From: a virus
Taxonomy: Duplodnaviria; Caudoviricetes
Direction: 5' to 3' (one strand)
IMG/VR virus record: IMGVR_UViG_3300048837_000408
Location: 1 to 62,620 of that record
DNA: 62,620 nucleotides
Below the pieces are notes generated by a model, which was not told where the DNA came from, ran no database searches, and was given only the letters and a program-made list of their open reading frames with translations. The stretch's first letter is position 1, and each line of letters starts with the position of its first letter. A program made the translations under genes and the position numbers. Positions 38,800 to 48,256 of this stretch are shown piece by piece.

Positions 38800-39045
38800 T
38801 TACCACTGATCGGGACCGGGTTTGACAATGAACTCGGAACTGCGCGGGAAGCCATTTGTCCAGTACGTCTCTTTGTAAGTCGCTCCGACCTCCAGGACGG
38901 TGCGGTAGCTTCCGCCCGTCGCGGGTTGACTGTAAATCGTTTGCCACTTTTTGCCGCCACGGGGACCGCTAGTTAGTTTACTTAGCCGATACTCGCCCGG
39001 GTTGTACGGATATGGAATTGCACGTTCGATCTTTCGAGTTTCCAT
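38800..39045 (-). CDS. Hypothetical protein
   Basis: AGGAG before METRKIER. Confidence 0.5.
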   Translation of the reverse strand: METRKIERAIPYPYNPGEYRLSKLTSGPRGGKKWQTIYSQPATGGSYRTVLEVGATYKETYWTNGFPRSSEFIVKPGPDQW

Positions 39046-39138
39046 TGTTTCGCTCCTGTTGTGGTATACTATGCGTATAGGCAGATAGGGGGACAGGTTC
39101 GGGCGGCGTATCTTACAACCGGGTACGCGCCCGATCAT

Positions 39139-39645
39139 TTATATCCCCTGTTCTCTTGGTTTCTTGACCGATGAGCGGCGGGTGTCCCCCCGTTGCGGGG
39201 GTCTGCCCGGTCTGCGTTTGCTTGCCAGCTTGATAGGCGTTCGGTTCAATCCAATCATCCACATTTCTATACCCGCCTCTAGTATGTCGGCGGTGTTATC
39301 CCATAGTTCCAGTGCGTAGCAGTCGTGGGTTTGCACGAACTGGATCTTCCGGTCCCTGGCCTTGACATTGTATGGATTGCCGGGGGTGTACCTGGAGTCT
39401 GCGAACCAGATATAAGCCGGCTTGCCCCGCAGCGTGAACTTGCAAATGAAATTCACAATGATGTCACCCTCCATCAGTTCTTCCACATTCCATTCTGCAT
39501 CTAAGTAACCGCAGCGTTTCACCGCATCCCGCAGGGATAACTCTTTGCGGGTCGGGTTGGCTATGCGTTCGGCGTGTCGCCTTGCATTCACCACGGCCCA
39601 GCCCCTTCCCTTGGTCGGACGGTACAGATGTTTGTAGGTCATCAC
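39139..39645 (-). CDS. Hypothetical basic protein
   Basis: 168-aa coupled ORF. Confidence 0.55.
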   Translation of the reverse strand: MMTYKHLYRPTKGRGWAVVNARRHAERIANPTRKELSLRDAVKRCGYLDAEWNVEELMEGDIIVNFICKFTLRGKPAYIWFADSRYTPGNPYNVKARDRKIQFVQTHDCYALELWDNTADILEAGIEMWMIGLNRTPIKLASKRRPGRPPQRGDTRRSSVKKPREQGI

Positions 39646-39854
39646 TCCCCATCCTTGTAAGCCTTACGATATTCGTGCCAGCTATCGGAGTGTTCTTCCT
39701 TCTCCTGCATCCCTTCTCGTGCAGCTTCAATGATGAGATCCACAATATCTCCAACCTCATTGTCATTGTCGGAGTCCCATCGAAGATCCGCCTTCTCAGC
39801 CAACAGGCGGAAGTAGTGTTGTAGTAATTGTTTAGCGGCATTGCGTTTGTACAT
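39642..39854 (-). CDS. Hypothetical protein
   Basis: GGAGG before MYKRNAAKQ. Confidence 0.55.
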   Translation of the reverse strand: MYKRNAAKQLLQHYFRLLAEKADLRWDSDNDNEVGDIVDLIIEAAREGMQEKEEHSDSWHEYRKAYKDGE

Positions 39855-40089
39855 TTTTCCTCCAGTGGAACAGGCGGTCGGCCCGCTCCTGACATTCGCG
39901 TAACTCGGTTGCGTATGCTTTAGTGCTGTCTTGTACCAGAGAATGACACTCACTGCATAGAGGGATCTGATTCTCTGGGTCATTCCAGGTGGTAGGGCGG
40001 GCGGATCTGGGTTCAATCTCGTGTGTCCCGGTGGCCGGTTTGACCAGGCAGCGCCCGCACCTACCATGATAGGCGTCAATAAGAGACAA
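39832..40089 (-). CDS. Small HNH endonuclease-like protein
   Basis: CGRC, THEIEPRS, ENQIPLCSECH. Confidence 0.75.
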   Translation of the reverse strand: MSLIDAYHGRCGRCLVKPATGTHEIEPRSARPTTWNDPENQIPLCSECHSLVQDSTKAYATELRECQERADRLFHWRKNVQTQCR

Positions 40090-40279
40090 GGGTATAGCCT
40101 ACCATCTTGTAGTTCTCGATCCAGTGTGCCCCGCAATAGATACATCGGTAATGACGATAACCGTCTGCATCATAAAAGGAGATAAGTCCTTGGTTTGTTT
40201 GGGTTGACCTGCATACAGGGCAGAGTGAAGGATCTTTCAGGTATTCTTCATCGGTTACAGGTCTCGTAGTAGTTTCCAT
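40076..40279 (-). CDS. Zinc-ribbon protein
   Basis: CPVC and CIYC; AAGGAG before METTT. Confidence 0.6.
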   Translation of the reverse strand: METTTRPVTDEEYLKDPSLCPVCRSTQTNQGLISFYDADGYRHYRCIYCGAHWIENYKMVGYTLVSY

Positions 40280-40519
40280 CTCTTTACTCCTTATATCAGA
40301 CTTACCAACAATATCCGTAGTGGGTAGGGTCCTGATCCCTTGGTTTGGTAACTCCCTTGATCGTGAGTGCTGAGGGGAGTTGATCATCGGGGATCTGACA
40401 ATAACCCGTAGCCGCTGGTGTACTGAATAGCTTTGGTTTGTAGTAGTACCATGTTATCCTGGGTATCAGGCGGGCAAGGTATTGGGCTGCTCGGTGAGAG
40501 TTCGTTCGAATGAATACCA

Positions 40520-40843
40520 TTAGTCTACATCCCAGAGGTATGCATAATCCAGGCGCACCAGTTTTTGACAATCAGCAGGAAGATCCTCAAACGTGATCCG
40601 CTTGCCTAGGTGGGAGTAAGTAGGGCGGTCAATGGGTGTCTCACTCTCCCCATGATAGCCGAATCCTCGAGGGTGATAGGGGTAAGCACTCATACCCACG
40701 TACCAGAAGCGTCCTCCCGTATGGCGGGTGTAGCGTCCGGTATAAACTACGGTGTACTGGTCGGCAGTCTTCCCCCCGTTGTCATAGCAACGGATATAAC
40801 GGGGCTTGCCATTGGGTAACAGGCGTTCGGTTCTTGTGTTCAT
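40520..40843 (-). CDS. Conserved phage early protein of unknown function
   Basis: YDNGGKTAD.YTVV, P.HP.GF, HLGKRI.F.DLP pattern. Confidence 0.6.
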   Translation of the reverse strand: MNTRTERLLPNGKPRYIRCYDNGGKTADQYTVVYTGRYTRHTGGRFWYVGMSAYPYHPRGFGYHGESETPIDRPTYSHLGKRITFEDLPADCQKLVRLDYAYLWDVD

Positions 40844-41199
40844 TGCTCCTCCTTAGCTGGTAGTATTTCCCCATTCTTCCTATATGTAGTCATCATATCA
40901 TTACAGATCAGGTACAATTGACCCGGCTCGTACACGCTCAGTTTGTAGCGTATCATTAGCAGTTCTTCCAGGTCGTAGTAGTACATGCCGGACATTGTGT
41001 AATAGTGTTGCCTCTCCTCCCGGTAGAGGGTGAAGGCGTCAACCATGACCGGGGCTTGCAAATTGCAGGTGTCACCCCGCGCCCCCCACTCGCAGTCATT
41101 CAAGATAACTCTTACCTCCCCCGCTTCGATGTAAGGAGCGGGCGGGGCCTGGACGAGTGGCATAAACAACAGGTAGATGGTTAGGATAATGGCGTTCAT
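40840..41199 (-). CDS. Hypothetical exported protein
   Basis: Signal-peptide-like N-terminus. Confidence 0.5.
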   Translation of the reverse strand: MNAIILTIYLLFMPLVQAPPAPYIEAGEVRVILNDCEWGARGDTCNLQAPVMVDAFTLYREERQHYYTMSGMYYYDLEELLMIRYKLSVYEPGQLYLICNDMMTTYRKNGEILPAKEEQ

Positions 41200-41651
41200 C
41201 GTACCCAGTAGGTTACACCGTCAAATTCTACGGAGGTATAGTCATATTGCAATTCCTCAGCGGCTTTTTCCCAGTCAATACAGGTGAAGGGCCAATGAGT
41301 ATCCGATACCTCTTTACCGTAAAGATCGCTCGCCAGTTCTTGCGCGTAGTCCTCAAAGTAAGAGTCTCGAATGAGTGTCTCACCATAGCGCCAGTCGGAG
41401 GCGTATCCCTCAGCTTCAGATTGCAGGGCTAAGAGTGCTGCTAGTTCTTCAGCGTCCCCCGCTTCCTGGAATAGTTCCGGCTCCTGTTTGCTGGTGCAAT
41501 CTTCCTCGTGATAGAATAAGATGGTATCCCCAAAGGACATAGCTTTGCATTCCGGGCAGGTGTACTCCCGCATGTTTTCCAGTTCTTCGATTCGGGCGAT
41601 TACATCCCGGCTGTCAATCACATTATCGTTATTAGAAATAGAGGTAGCCAT
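41196..41651 (-). CDS. ArdA-like acidic antirestriction candidate
   Basis: Very acidic; FEDYAQELA...IDWEKAAEEL..DY resembles the ArdA C-terminal domain. Confidence 0.55.
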   Translation of the reverse strand: MATSISNNDNVIDSRDVIARIEELENMREYTCPECKAMSFGDTILFYHEEDCTSKQEPELFQEAGDAEELAALLALQSEAEGYASDWRYGETLIRDSYFEDYAQELASDLYGKEVSDTHWPFTCIDWEKAAEELQYDYTSVEFDGVTYWVR

Positions 41652-41721
41652 GTTACAATCTCCTTGTGTTGCGCCCCCGGTCTGACCACCTACCGGGGGA
41701 GAGGGTTAGAATAGAGTAAGG

Positions 41722-42333
41722 TTAGGCAGTTGTTTTCTCGCGCTCGTAGTAATCTACGACGGTTTTCGCTTCAGTTAGGCAGGTATCGTAGCCGAAGAAT
41801 CCCCAGCACGAATCAAGATCATCTCGAAGGTCTTCATCCTCTTGATCTGTCTCGTCATCAAAGCTGTCATCCAGTGGGGCATAGATACTATAGCCGTATA
41901 CATCACCCGTTAGGAATTGATCATACGTTTCTACCTCACCTTTCAGGTATCCGGCTACGCGCCCCTGTAACTTCTTACTTACCCGCTTCGCGCTGTATTC
42001 CTTGCGGACGTTCGCCAGTGAAACGTAGATCAGGCCAACCATACCGCTATCCCAAGGACAACTAAAAGCCCCGGTACTCATGGTAATACCGCCGTGCTCA
42101 TAGAGGTACAAGGGCAGCATGATACATGGTCCCTCATCCTGGATAATATCGGCTTTGAGTTCATCCCATGAGGAATAGTTACCCGAGTTATAACCGTGGT
42201 CGTCGTCACCCAGGTTATAGTTTCGATGGAAGCAAACCATTGTACCCAAGTTATCCCAGTTGCGGGGGTTGTCGGGGTTGTCGTCTTCCTCAATGACAAT
42301 CAAATGATTCTTATAGACGGTTTTCTCTTTCAT
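41722..42333 (-). CDS. Conserved acidic early protein of unknown function
   Basis: NPR.WDNLG, LPLYLYEHGG, WDSG, GDVYG, DSCWGF motifs. Confidence 0.65.
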   Translation of the reverse strand: MKEKTVYKNHLIVIEEDDNPDNPRNWDNLGTMVCFHRNYNLGDDDHGYNSGNYSSWDELKADIIQDEGPCIMLPLYLYEHGGITMSTGAFSCPWDSGMVGLIYVSLANVRKEYSAKRVSKKLQGRVAGYLKGEVETYDQFLTGDVYGYSIYAPLDDSFDDETDQEDEDLRDDLDSCWGFFGYDTCLTEAKTVVDYYEREKTTA

Positions 42334-42393
42334 TACACGCTCCTCTTATTGTGTCCTATAGTGGGGGAGTAGATGCGCTCCCCCACTTATTGA

Positions 42394-43131
42394 CTAGACC
42401 CAAGCGGGTTGACGATCAGCGTCCGGTAAGGAATTGAGGAAGTCGATAACCTCAGCAGGTACTTCCTCGCGCAGCCAAGCCGAACCGTATTTATACCCAC
42501 ATACCGGGCAAGGTTTAGACAGTACCCCTTCAGGGTGTTCCGATTCCTTTATCCAAGTAGTAAGTTTTTCTTCGGTGTTCTCGGTTGAATAGTCCGGGTA
42601 ATTGTCAACCGTTTCAATGGGTACGGTCAGGGAGTAGGGCATATTCATAATCTCTAATTCTTCGGGGGTAAGCTCTGCTTTACCTGAAGAATATAATTCC
42701 TTTTCTGCCTTGCGCTTAATCTCTGACCATAGATGAATCTTATTCCGGCTCAATTTGAGGTGGGCTATTGTTACTTTCTTCTTGCCCCAACCCATAGCCC
42801 GCTGATGAACGCAACCGGCCTTCAAGTCGTTCAAGTGCCAGCGTCCCCAAACGTCTAACAGGTCTAGCCACTTCTCACGGTCCCAACCGGGAGCGAATGT
42901 AATATCTTCGGGAGTAATTGGGTGATAGGTTCGATGGTCGTTATCTTCCGGGTTACGATGGGCAAAATCCATATTAATCTGACCGGCTCCGCCGTAGCTG
43001 TTACCCGAGGGACGAGGACCGATAACCCCGGTAATGGATAACTTACCCTGTGTATATTCAATCTCACAGAAAATTGATACACTCGCGCCGCCGTCAGTTT
43101 TGATCGTTCCCGGTCTGATTACTTTCTTCAT
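42394..43131 (-). CDS. Conserved early protein of unknown function
   Basis: LSITG, GQI, WHLND..AGC..Q, CPVCGYKYGSAW; GGAGG before MKKVIR. Confidence 0.65.
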   Translation of the reverse strand: MKKVIRPGTIKTDGGASVSIFCEIEYTQGKLSITGVIGPRPSGNSYGGAGQINMDFAHRNPEDNDHRTYHPITPEDITFAPGWDREKWLDLLDVWGRWHLNDLKAGCVHQRAMGWGKKKVTIAHLKLSRNKIHLWSEIKRKAEKELYSSGKAELTPEELEIMNMPYSLTVPIETVDNYPDYSTENTEEKLTTWIKESEHPEGVLSKPCPVCGYKYGSAWLREEVPAEVIDFLNSLPDADRQPAWV

Positions 43132-43181
43132 GTTCTTACCCTCCGCTTGTGTTAGGTCGTTGTGTTTGTCCGTCTGATAAT

Positions 43182-43220
43182 ATGATAGCAGGTTATTTGC
43201 ATTTGTCAATAGGCAATTTC
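43182..43220 (-). promoter_or_regulatory. Early promoter
   Basis: GAAATTGCCTA-TTGACA, 16 nt, TATCAT. Confidence 0.65.
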
Positions 43221-43411
43221 TCGCAATTGTGAGGAACTTTCGTTAGAGTTATATCAATAGTAGTATTGTTGGCCCCTTGCAAGTAGCAGGTATAATTATC
43301 CTCGCATTCTCGCGCAGCTTGCATAATAGATTCAGCCATCTCACAAGCGGTTATAAGATCATAACCCGCAGGTTGGATAATATCTAATAGACGGTCCTTA
43401 ATCGTTGGCAT
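43193..43411 (-). CDS. Hypothetical protein
   Basis: 72-aa ORF with RBS. Confidence 0.45.
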   Translation of the reverse strand: MPTIKDRLLDIIQPAGYDLITACEMAESIMQAARECEDNYTCYLQGANNTTIDITLTKVPHNCEKLPIDKCK

Positions 43412-43479
43412 AGTGTCACCCCATAGGAATAGAATACAGGATAGGGTTATATAACTTCCCTATCCTGATTAAGGTTATA

Positions 43480-44058
43480 TTACTCTTTGGAAAATCCAAG
43501 GGATTCGGCAGCTTCGATTAGATCATCCATCTTAATTTCTTCTGAAGATGAATAGTCTAATTCGTGCGCTACTTGACTTACCCAGTCATCGGGCAGGATG
43601 TATCCTTCATTTTCCAAGTCCCATTTATAGCAGGAACCCAGCGTATCAATGAAGTCTTCATACTCCCGATTATAATAGTCATCCTCATCTAATACCGGGT
43701 AATTTTCCAGTGAATCTAAGATAGACTGCCAAAAAGTTAGCGCCTCATGATTGATACCATCTTCCGTTGCAAGTCTAATCGCTAACTGTTCAGCCCAACC
43801 AACGGCCCAATGATTGAAATTACATACCTCAAAGTCATCCTCTAACCCGTTGTCCTTGATTAGTTGTTTGATCGTGGCGCTATTGGATTGATCCAAGGTA
43901 TTAGAATCCCGGTGCTCAAGAGTAAAGCATGACCCCCAAGTATTGAATAGATCCAAGTCCCCATGATAACCAAAGTTTGAAGGATGATTCAGGGATTCAG
44001 CGGCCCAATTATAGTCAATAGCTTGTAAGGCTTTCTTCAGTTCAGTTCCTTCTAACAT
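43480..44058 (-). CDS. Highly acidic early protein
   Basis: HWAVGW.E and LENYPVLDEDDY..RE.E motifs. Confidence 0.65.
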   Translation of the reverse strand: MLEGTELKKALQAIDYNWAAESLNHPSNFGYHGDLDLFNTWGSCFTLEHRDSNTLDQSNSATIKQLIKDNGLEDDFEVCNFNHWAVGWAEQLAIRLATEDGINHEALTFWQSILDSLENYPVLDEDDYYNREYEDFIDTLGSCYKWDLENEGYILPDDWVSQVAHELDYSSSEEIKMDDLIEAAESLGFSKE

Positions 44059-44142
44059 GATTGTATCCTCTCATCATAATAGGGTTAGTCTCACAATTGA
44101 CTGTCAGTATAGCGCGTACCATACTGACAGCGGATTATAGGA

Positions 44143-44520
44143 CTAGACGTTATAGAGTTTATCCAGGTTAGTTAGTGCCCATTTTCTCATGTTGGGGACT
44201 TCATTGCCCGCGCTATTCCATCCATTACCCTGTGCCCATGCTTGATATAGTTCATCGGGTAATGGGATAGCTTCATTGAATACTGTATTACTGACAGTCA
44301 TAGGCAACCCATCGGAACCATAGGACCCGGATAATGTCAGACGTTCACCCTTGACGCGTGCGAAGCCCATCATAAAATGCCCGAATTGTGACAGGGATGT
44401 TTTCCTAACAATTGCTCGAACCTCTTTTGATTCCCTAGTTTGAACCAACATAAGGAATAGACCCCGCGCAAACTGTACCCCATCCTGATTGTAGCCTGAT
44501 TTTTCTACTCGAATAAACAT
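44143..44520 (-). CDS. Hypothetical early protein
   Basis: GGAGGGTGA RBS before MFIRVEK. Confidence 0.6.
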   Translation of the reverse strand: MFIRVEKSGYNQDGVQFARGLFLMLVQTRESKEVRAIVRKTSLSQFGHFMMGFARVKGERLTLSGSYGSDGLPMTVSNTVFNEAIPLPDELYQAWAQGNGWNSAGNEVPNMRKWALTNLDKLYNV

Positions 44521-44524
44521 AGTA

Positions 44525-44686
44525 TCACCCTCCAAACGTAGCATACAGAATTACTGCCAGAATTGGCAGCAGGATAACCCAGGTAATAAGAGTATTGTAA
44601 CCCTTACCATGATGGGAGCGCTTAGGGCGATCAATAAATCCGCGCCCTGAATAGTAACCCGTACCTGTATAAGTGACCCGTTTCAT
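44525..44686 (-). CDS. 53-aa membrane peptide (not in the ORF track)
   Basis: GGAGG RBS; MKRVTYTG...LITWVILLPILAVILYATFGG. Confidence 0.5.
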   Translation of the reverse strand: MKRVTYTGTGYYSGRGFIDRPKRSHHGKGYNTLITWVILLPILAVILYATFGG

Positions 44687-44828
44687 AGCTAACCCTCCAG
44701 GTGTCTAGGATAGTCTTACAATTGGTGTAGTGTAAAGATCGCGCACAATGGTTACACTACACGGATTAGAAGACTATGGATCTAATAAGGTGCGTACATT
44801 ATAGGATTCCTTATTAGTGGATAGGTGA

Positions 44829-45074
44829 TTAGAAGACAGAATGAGATAATGTAAGTATGGGGTTTACAGGGTGACTCTGACAAGCTGTAAACCACGGACA
44901 ATAACGAATGGATAGGCCATATTCCACGGCTTGATCCAAGTCAGAACCCCGAGGAACCCAGGAAACAGCTGTCACATGGCACGCGTCAATTTTTGCCACC
45001 ACTACATATTGTCCTGATGGGTCCTGTAAAATCCCCCAATCGTTTTTGATATAACATAACTTACGCATAGTCAA
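44829..45074 (-). CDS. Hypothetical early protein
   Basis: GGAGG RBS, 81 aa. Confidence 0.55.
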   Translation of the reverse strand: MTMRKLCYIKNDWGILQDPSGQYVVVAKIDACHVTAVSWVPRGSDLDQAVEYGLSIRYCPWFTACQSHPVNPILTLSHSVF

Positions 45075-45095
45075 CCCTCCAAGTGATCGAATAGA

Positions 45096-45440
45096 TTAGA
45101 TGATCCAATCAACTGAGATACTCGGATAATGGCAGCGCATATAATCGCGCACAGCCTGAATGTCTTTACCTGTGACCTCTTTAGTGACCGGTGTTCCCTC
45201 AATAGCATAGTGCCCGCGTACGGTCCAAGTGGGATTATCATAAGCGTTGTGGTCCTGCCAATAATCTACTGACTGGACGAAACAAGATTCAGTCAGTATG
45301 TATACAGGATGATTTCCCTCAGGAGTGACGAGGGTATCCATTACCAAAGTCTCCACACCGTACCCGGCAAGATTCGCAACGGGTACAAGGTGAGGATTCA
45401 GGGCAAGGAATGAAGATTGAGCGGGAGTAAGGTCTAACAT
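45096..45440 (-). CDS. Hypothetical early protein
   Basis: GGAGG RBS before MLDLTP. Confidence 0.55.
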   Translation of the reverse strand: MLDLTPAQSSFLALNPHLVPVANLAGYGVETLVMDTLVTPEGNHPVYILTESCFVQSVDYWQDHNAYDNPTWTVRGHYAIEGTPVTKEVTGKDIQAVRDYMRCHYPSISVDWII

Positions 45441-45476
45441 GGTGATAACCTCCAAACTGAAGTAGATAGAATAGAA

Positions 45477-45686
45477 TTAGGCAGGAGTCGAACCAGTCCC
45501 GGTATACAAGCGAGTATCCAGGAAATATTCAGGATAAGAGTCAATCCAGTCTTGAGCTTCCCCCCATGCTGCATCTAATGAGAGGGACGATAGGCGAACG
45601 GTTACAATCCAGGTTCCCATAACTTGTGAGAATGCTTCTATGTAGTAGCCGAATCCAGGATAATAAGCCAACCGTGCATGTGTCAT
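45477..45686 (-). CDS. Hypothetical early protein, first gene of the leftward operon
   Basis: GGAGG RBS; directly after promoter. Confidence 0.6.
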   Translation of the reverse strand: MTHARLAYYPGFGYYIEAFSQVMGTWIVTVRLSSLSLDAAWGEAQDWIDSYPEYFLDTRLYTGTGSTPA

Positions 45687-45724
45687 GTGATAACCCTCCG
45701 GGTGACAGAATAAATCGTACTTTC

Positions 45725-45756
45725 AGTATAGCCAATAGATAGTCATTTACAATAGG
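45725..45756 (-). promoter_or_regulatory. Leftward early promoter
   Basis: CCTA-TTGTAA, 16 nt, TATACT. Confidence 0.6.
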
Positions 45757-45803
45757 ACAAACCGAAACCTAACCGAATATAACTGAACTGTAAGGTTATC
45801 TGA

Positions 45804-45868
45804 TAATCATTCTAATATTGTAATGACTCTAATATTGTAATCATTCCATATTTATAATCATTCTAAAA
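45804..45868. repeat. Four tandem 17-bp AT-rich repeats
   Basis: TAATCATTCTAATATTG, TAATGACTCTAATATTG, TAATCATTCCATATTTA, TAATCATTCTAAAA. Confidence 0.8.
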
Positions 45869-46196
45869 AGATAGTCCTGGCGTCTGACTCCTCATAGGAA
45901 TGTGACCACCCAGTCACATTGTAACCCGCTGCCCTTCCTGACTGGCCACATTCTTGCTTGCTATAAGTGTAGTTATCAAAACCATGAAGCACACCCGTAC
46001 CCGTGGCGCACCTGGCCCGCTTGCTAGTATATGTGCGGGTGGTGGCGCGGCCCAGGCTATAGGATGGGTGACGAGGTGCAGGGGGACAGGCGGGCGGGGG
46101 GAACGATACATTCGCATAGATCGAAGGTACGGTAGGTAGTGAGTTATGTTAGTTATGTTATGTTTGGTTTTGATCTATCTTTGAATAATTTTACTG

Positions 46197-46254
46197 GATA
46201 CGTAAACTAATTACTCCGAATATAAACCCCTATCTGCCAGATACGTAAACTAAT
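46197..46254. repeat. 15-bp direct repeat pair
   Basis: GATACGTAAACTAAT at 46197 and 46240. Confidence 0.75.
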
Positions 46255-46344
46255 CCCCTTCCTGGTTATATTCCCTAACCAGATTTAGATATTGCATATT
46301 GCTATTTTCATATCCCCCTGTATAATTATAGGTGGGAGGGCTTT

Positions 46345-47034
46345 ATGCAGTATTTTGGTGGGAAGCAACGGATAGCTAAACAAATCAGTTCTTATTTATT
46401 GGAACAGATGGATGATTGTCGATATTATTTTGAGCCATTTGTGGGGGGTGCATCAGTGTGTTCTCTGGTTGGGGGGAAGCGGTTTGCCTCAGATGCGAAT
46501 AAGTATCTGATTGCAATGTGGCGGGCATTACAGGATGGTTGGCTCCCGCCGAGAGTTGTTGATGAAGCTCAGTATCAGTATGTTCGGGGACATTTAGATG
46601 AAGATGCTGCGCTATCTGGATTTGTTGGGTTTGGGTGCAGTTATAGTGGTAAGTGGTTTGGGGGGTATGCGCGATCTGATGACCGGAATTATGCTGAGAA
46701 TGCTCGGAACTCTCTTATCAAACAAATCCCAACTTTGGGTCAGGTGCGATTTGAGGTGCGGGATTACCGAGAGACTTATCCAAAGCATTCCTTGATTTAT
46801 TGTGATCCCCCCTATCGGGGAACTACTGGTTATGGGGCGGTGGGTAAATTTGATTCGGAGGTTTTCTGGAGTACTGTTCGGGGATGGTCGAGAGATAATA
46901 AGGTCTATGTTAGCGAGTATCAGGCTCCGAAAGACTTTCGGTGTGTGTTGGAAATTCCGACAAAATTGGACATTCGTAATGGGGACGGTCTGAAGGAGTT
47001 TCGAATGGAGCGGGTGTTTACTTTGAATCAGTAG
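46345..47034 (+). CDS. Dam/D12-class adenine DNA methyltransferase
   Basis: YFGGK, EPFVGG, YCDPPY, VSEY; upstream promoter TTGCTA-16-TATAAT at 46299-46326. Confidence 0.9.
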   Translation: MQYFGGKQRIAKQISSYLLEQMDDCRYYFEPFVGGASVCSLVGGKRFASDANKYLIAMWRALQDGWLPPRVVDEAQYQYVRGHLDEDAALSGFVGFGCSYSGKWFGGYARSDDRNYAENARNSLIKQIPTLGQVRFEVRDYRETYPKHSLIYCDPPYRGTTGYGAVGKFDSEVFWSTVRGWSRDNKVYVSEYQAPKDFRCVLEIPTKLDIRNGDGLKEFRMERVFTLNQ

Positions 47035-47174
47035 TTTGCCTATTGCATTTATCTATTACCGATGTATAATGGGGCGGTTTTTTTATTTCTCATAGGCAAT
47101 TTCCCCAAAACCAGATATTCCATATTGCAATTTAGAAAAACCGACTGTATAATATTATCAGGAGAGCAAAACAA

Positions 47175-47339
47175 ATGGAAAATCAAATGAGAGTTTTTTG
47201 CCCGGAGTGCGGATATGAGATGGTGGTAAATGGGGATGACTTCGCTGTCTGCACTCACTGTGGGTTTGTAGTGATATTCGAACCTGTATATGAAGAATTG
47301 GGGATGGAAGATGAAAAACATGGCGTATCCAAAGCGTAG
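47175..47339 (+). CDS. 54-aa zinc-ribbon protein (not in the ORF track)
   Basis: CPECG...CTHCG; AGGAG RBS; promoter TTGCAA-17-TATAAT at 47125-47153. Confidence 0.6.
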   Translation: MENQMRVFCPECGYEMVVNGDDFAVCTHCGFVVIFEPVYEELGMEDEKHGVSKA

Positions 47340-47428
47340 GGCGGTGGATTGGTTGATGGGGCTGACTGCCTTCTTGGTCATAGCCGGTTCAATTTTTGGG
47401 TTTTGGTTGCGGGTGCGGGGGATGTGAG

Positions 47429-47578
47429 ATGAGCGCAAAGGGACCAGAGTGGGATACGCAAAGCGCACAGGAGTATAACTTAGACGCGGCCATTGGAATG
47501 CGAAACGGGCTGTTGTTGGGTTGCGGGTTCTGGATCGCAGTGGGGATTGTAGTTGGTTTCTTGGTGTGGGTGGTGTAG
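47429..47578 (+). CDS. Small membrane protein
   Basis: C-terminal hydrophobic helix; another membrane peptide ORF precedes it at 47311-47427. Confidence 0.5.
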   Translation: MSAKGPEWDTQSAQEYNLDAAIGMRNGLLLGCGFWIAVGIVVGFLVWVV

Positions 47579-47579
47579 G

Positions 47580-48041
47580 ATGAAACTTCTTTTCTTTTTC
47601 CTGGCGTTTGGGCTGTTGATGATCGGTGTAGCGGGTCAGTTGATAACGGGCTGGAACATTTGGTGGAATATCGTTGGGTTATATTTCACGGTCGCCCTCC
47701 TGTTGGTTTCTATCGAACGCTTATTCCCAGTTCAATATACTGATCCAGTCAAAGAACATTTCTCTCAGGCGCGGGCATCTGCTCTGAGTAAACTTCATTT
47801 GTCTCTGCTGTTCTTGTGCGCGGCACATTGGGGATCGCAGTGGATGGCGTTCATGGTAGAGTGGGGTGCGCTATTCGTGACCCTGTTTTCCGCCGTGTTC
47901 GGGTTGATGTATCTGGTGGGGGTGGCGAGTGGTTTCTTTGGTATGCTGGACTGGATCGCCTGGAAGTCCATGTTGGACGAGATAGAGGCGCGTCACCTGA
48001 AGGGGCGTGACCAATGGATGCGGAGGGAGTGGACAGAATGA
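47580..48041 (+). CDS. Multi-pass membrane protein
   Basis: About four hydrophobic segments. Confidence 0.6.
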   Translation: MKLLFFFLAFGLLMIGVAGQLITGWNIWWNIVGLYFTVALLLVSIERLFPVQYTDPVKEHFSQARASALSKLHLSLLFLCAAHWGSQWMAFMVEWGALFVTLFSAVFGLMYLVGVASGFFGMLDWIAWKSMLDEIEARHLKGRDQWMRREWTE

Positions 48042-48256
48042 TTAAGAAGTTGTTATTGGAGCCGATTATGTGTCAATCTAAAATCAGCGGAGTAGAGTAC
48101 ATGGAGAAGGTGTTGATCCGTGATGATGGGTATCCCGAAGCAGTCGTACATGCGGATTTCTTTGATGGGTTTAGTGGGTTGGAAGCACTTAGGACGGGGA
48201 TACCCATCATTGCCTATATTCAAATCTCTGAGTACCCAATTCGGGATGGTGAATGA
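48038..48256 (+). CDS. Hypothetical protein
   Basis: ATGA-coupled ORF. Confidence 0.5.
   Translation: MIKKLLLEPIMCQSKISGVEYMEKVLIRDDGYPEAVVHADFFDGFSGLEALRTGIPIIAYIQISEYPIRDGE

Noticed and set aside
37071-45868. CRISPR array or integron
   Set aside because: Repeats lack unique spacers of CRISPR size; no cas or integron integrase; early hairpins lack full attC boxes
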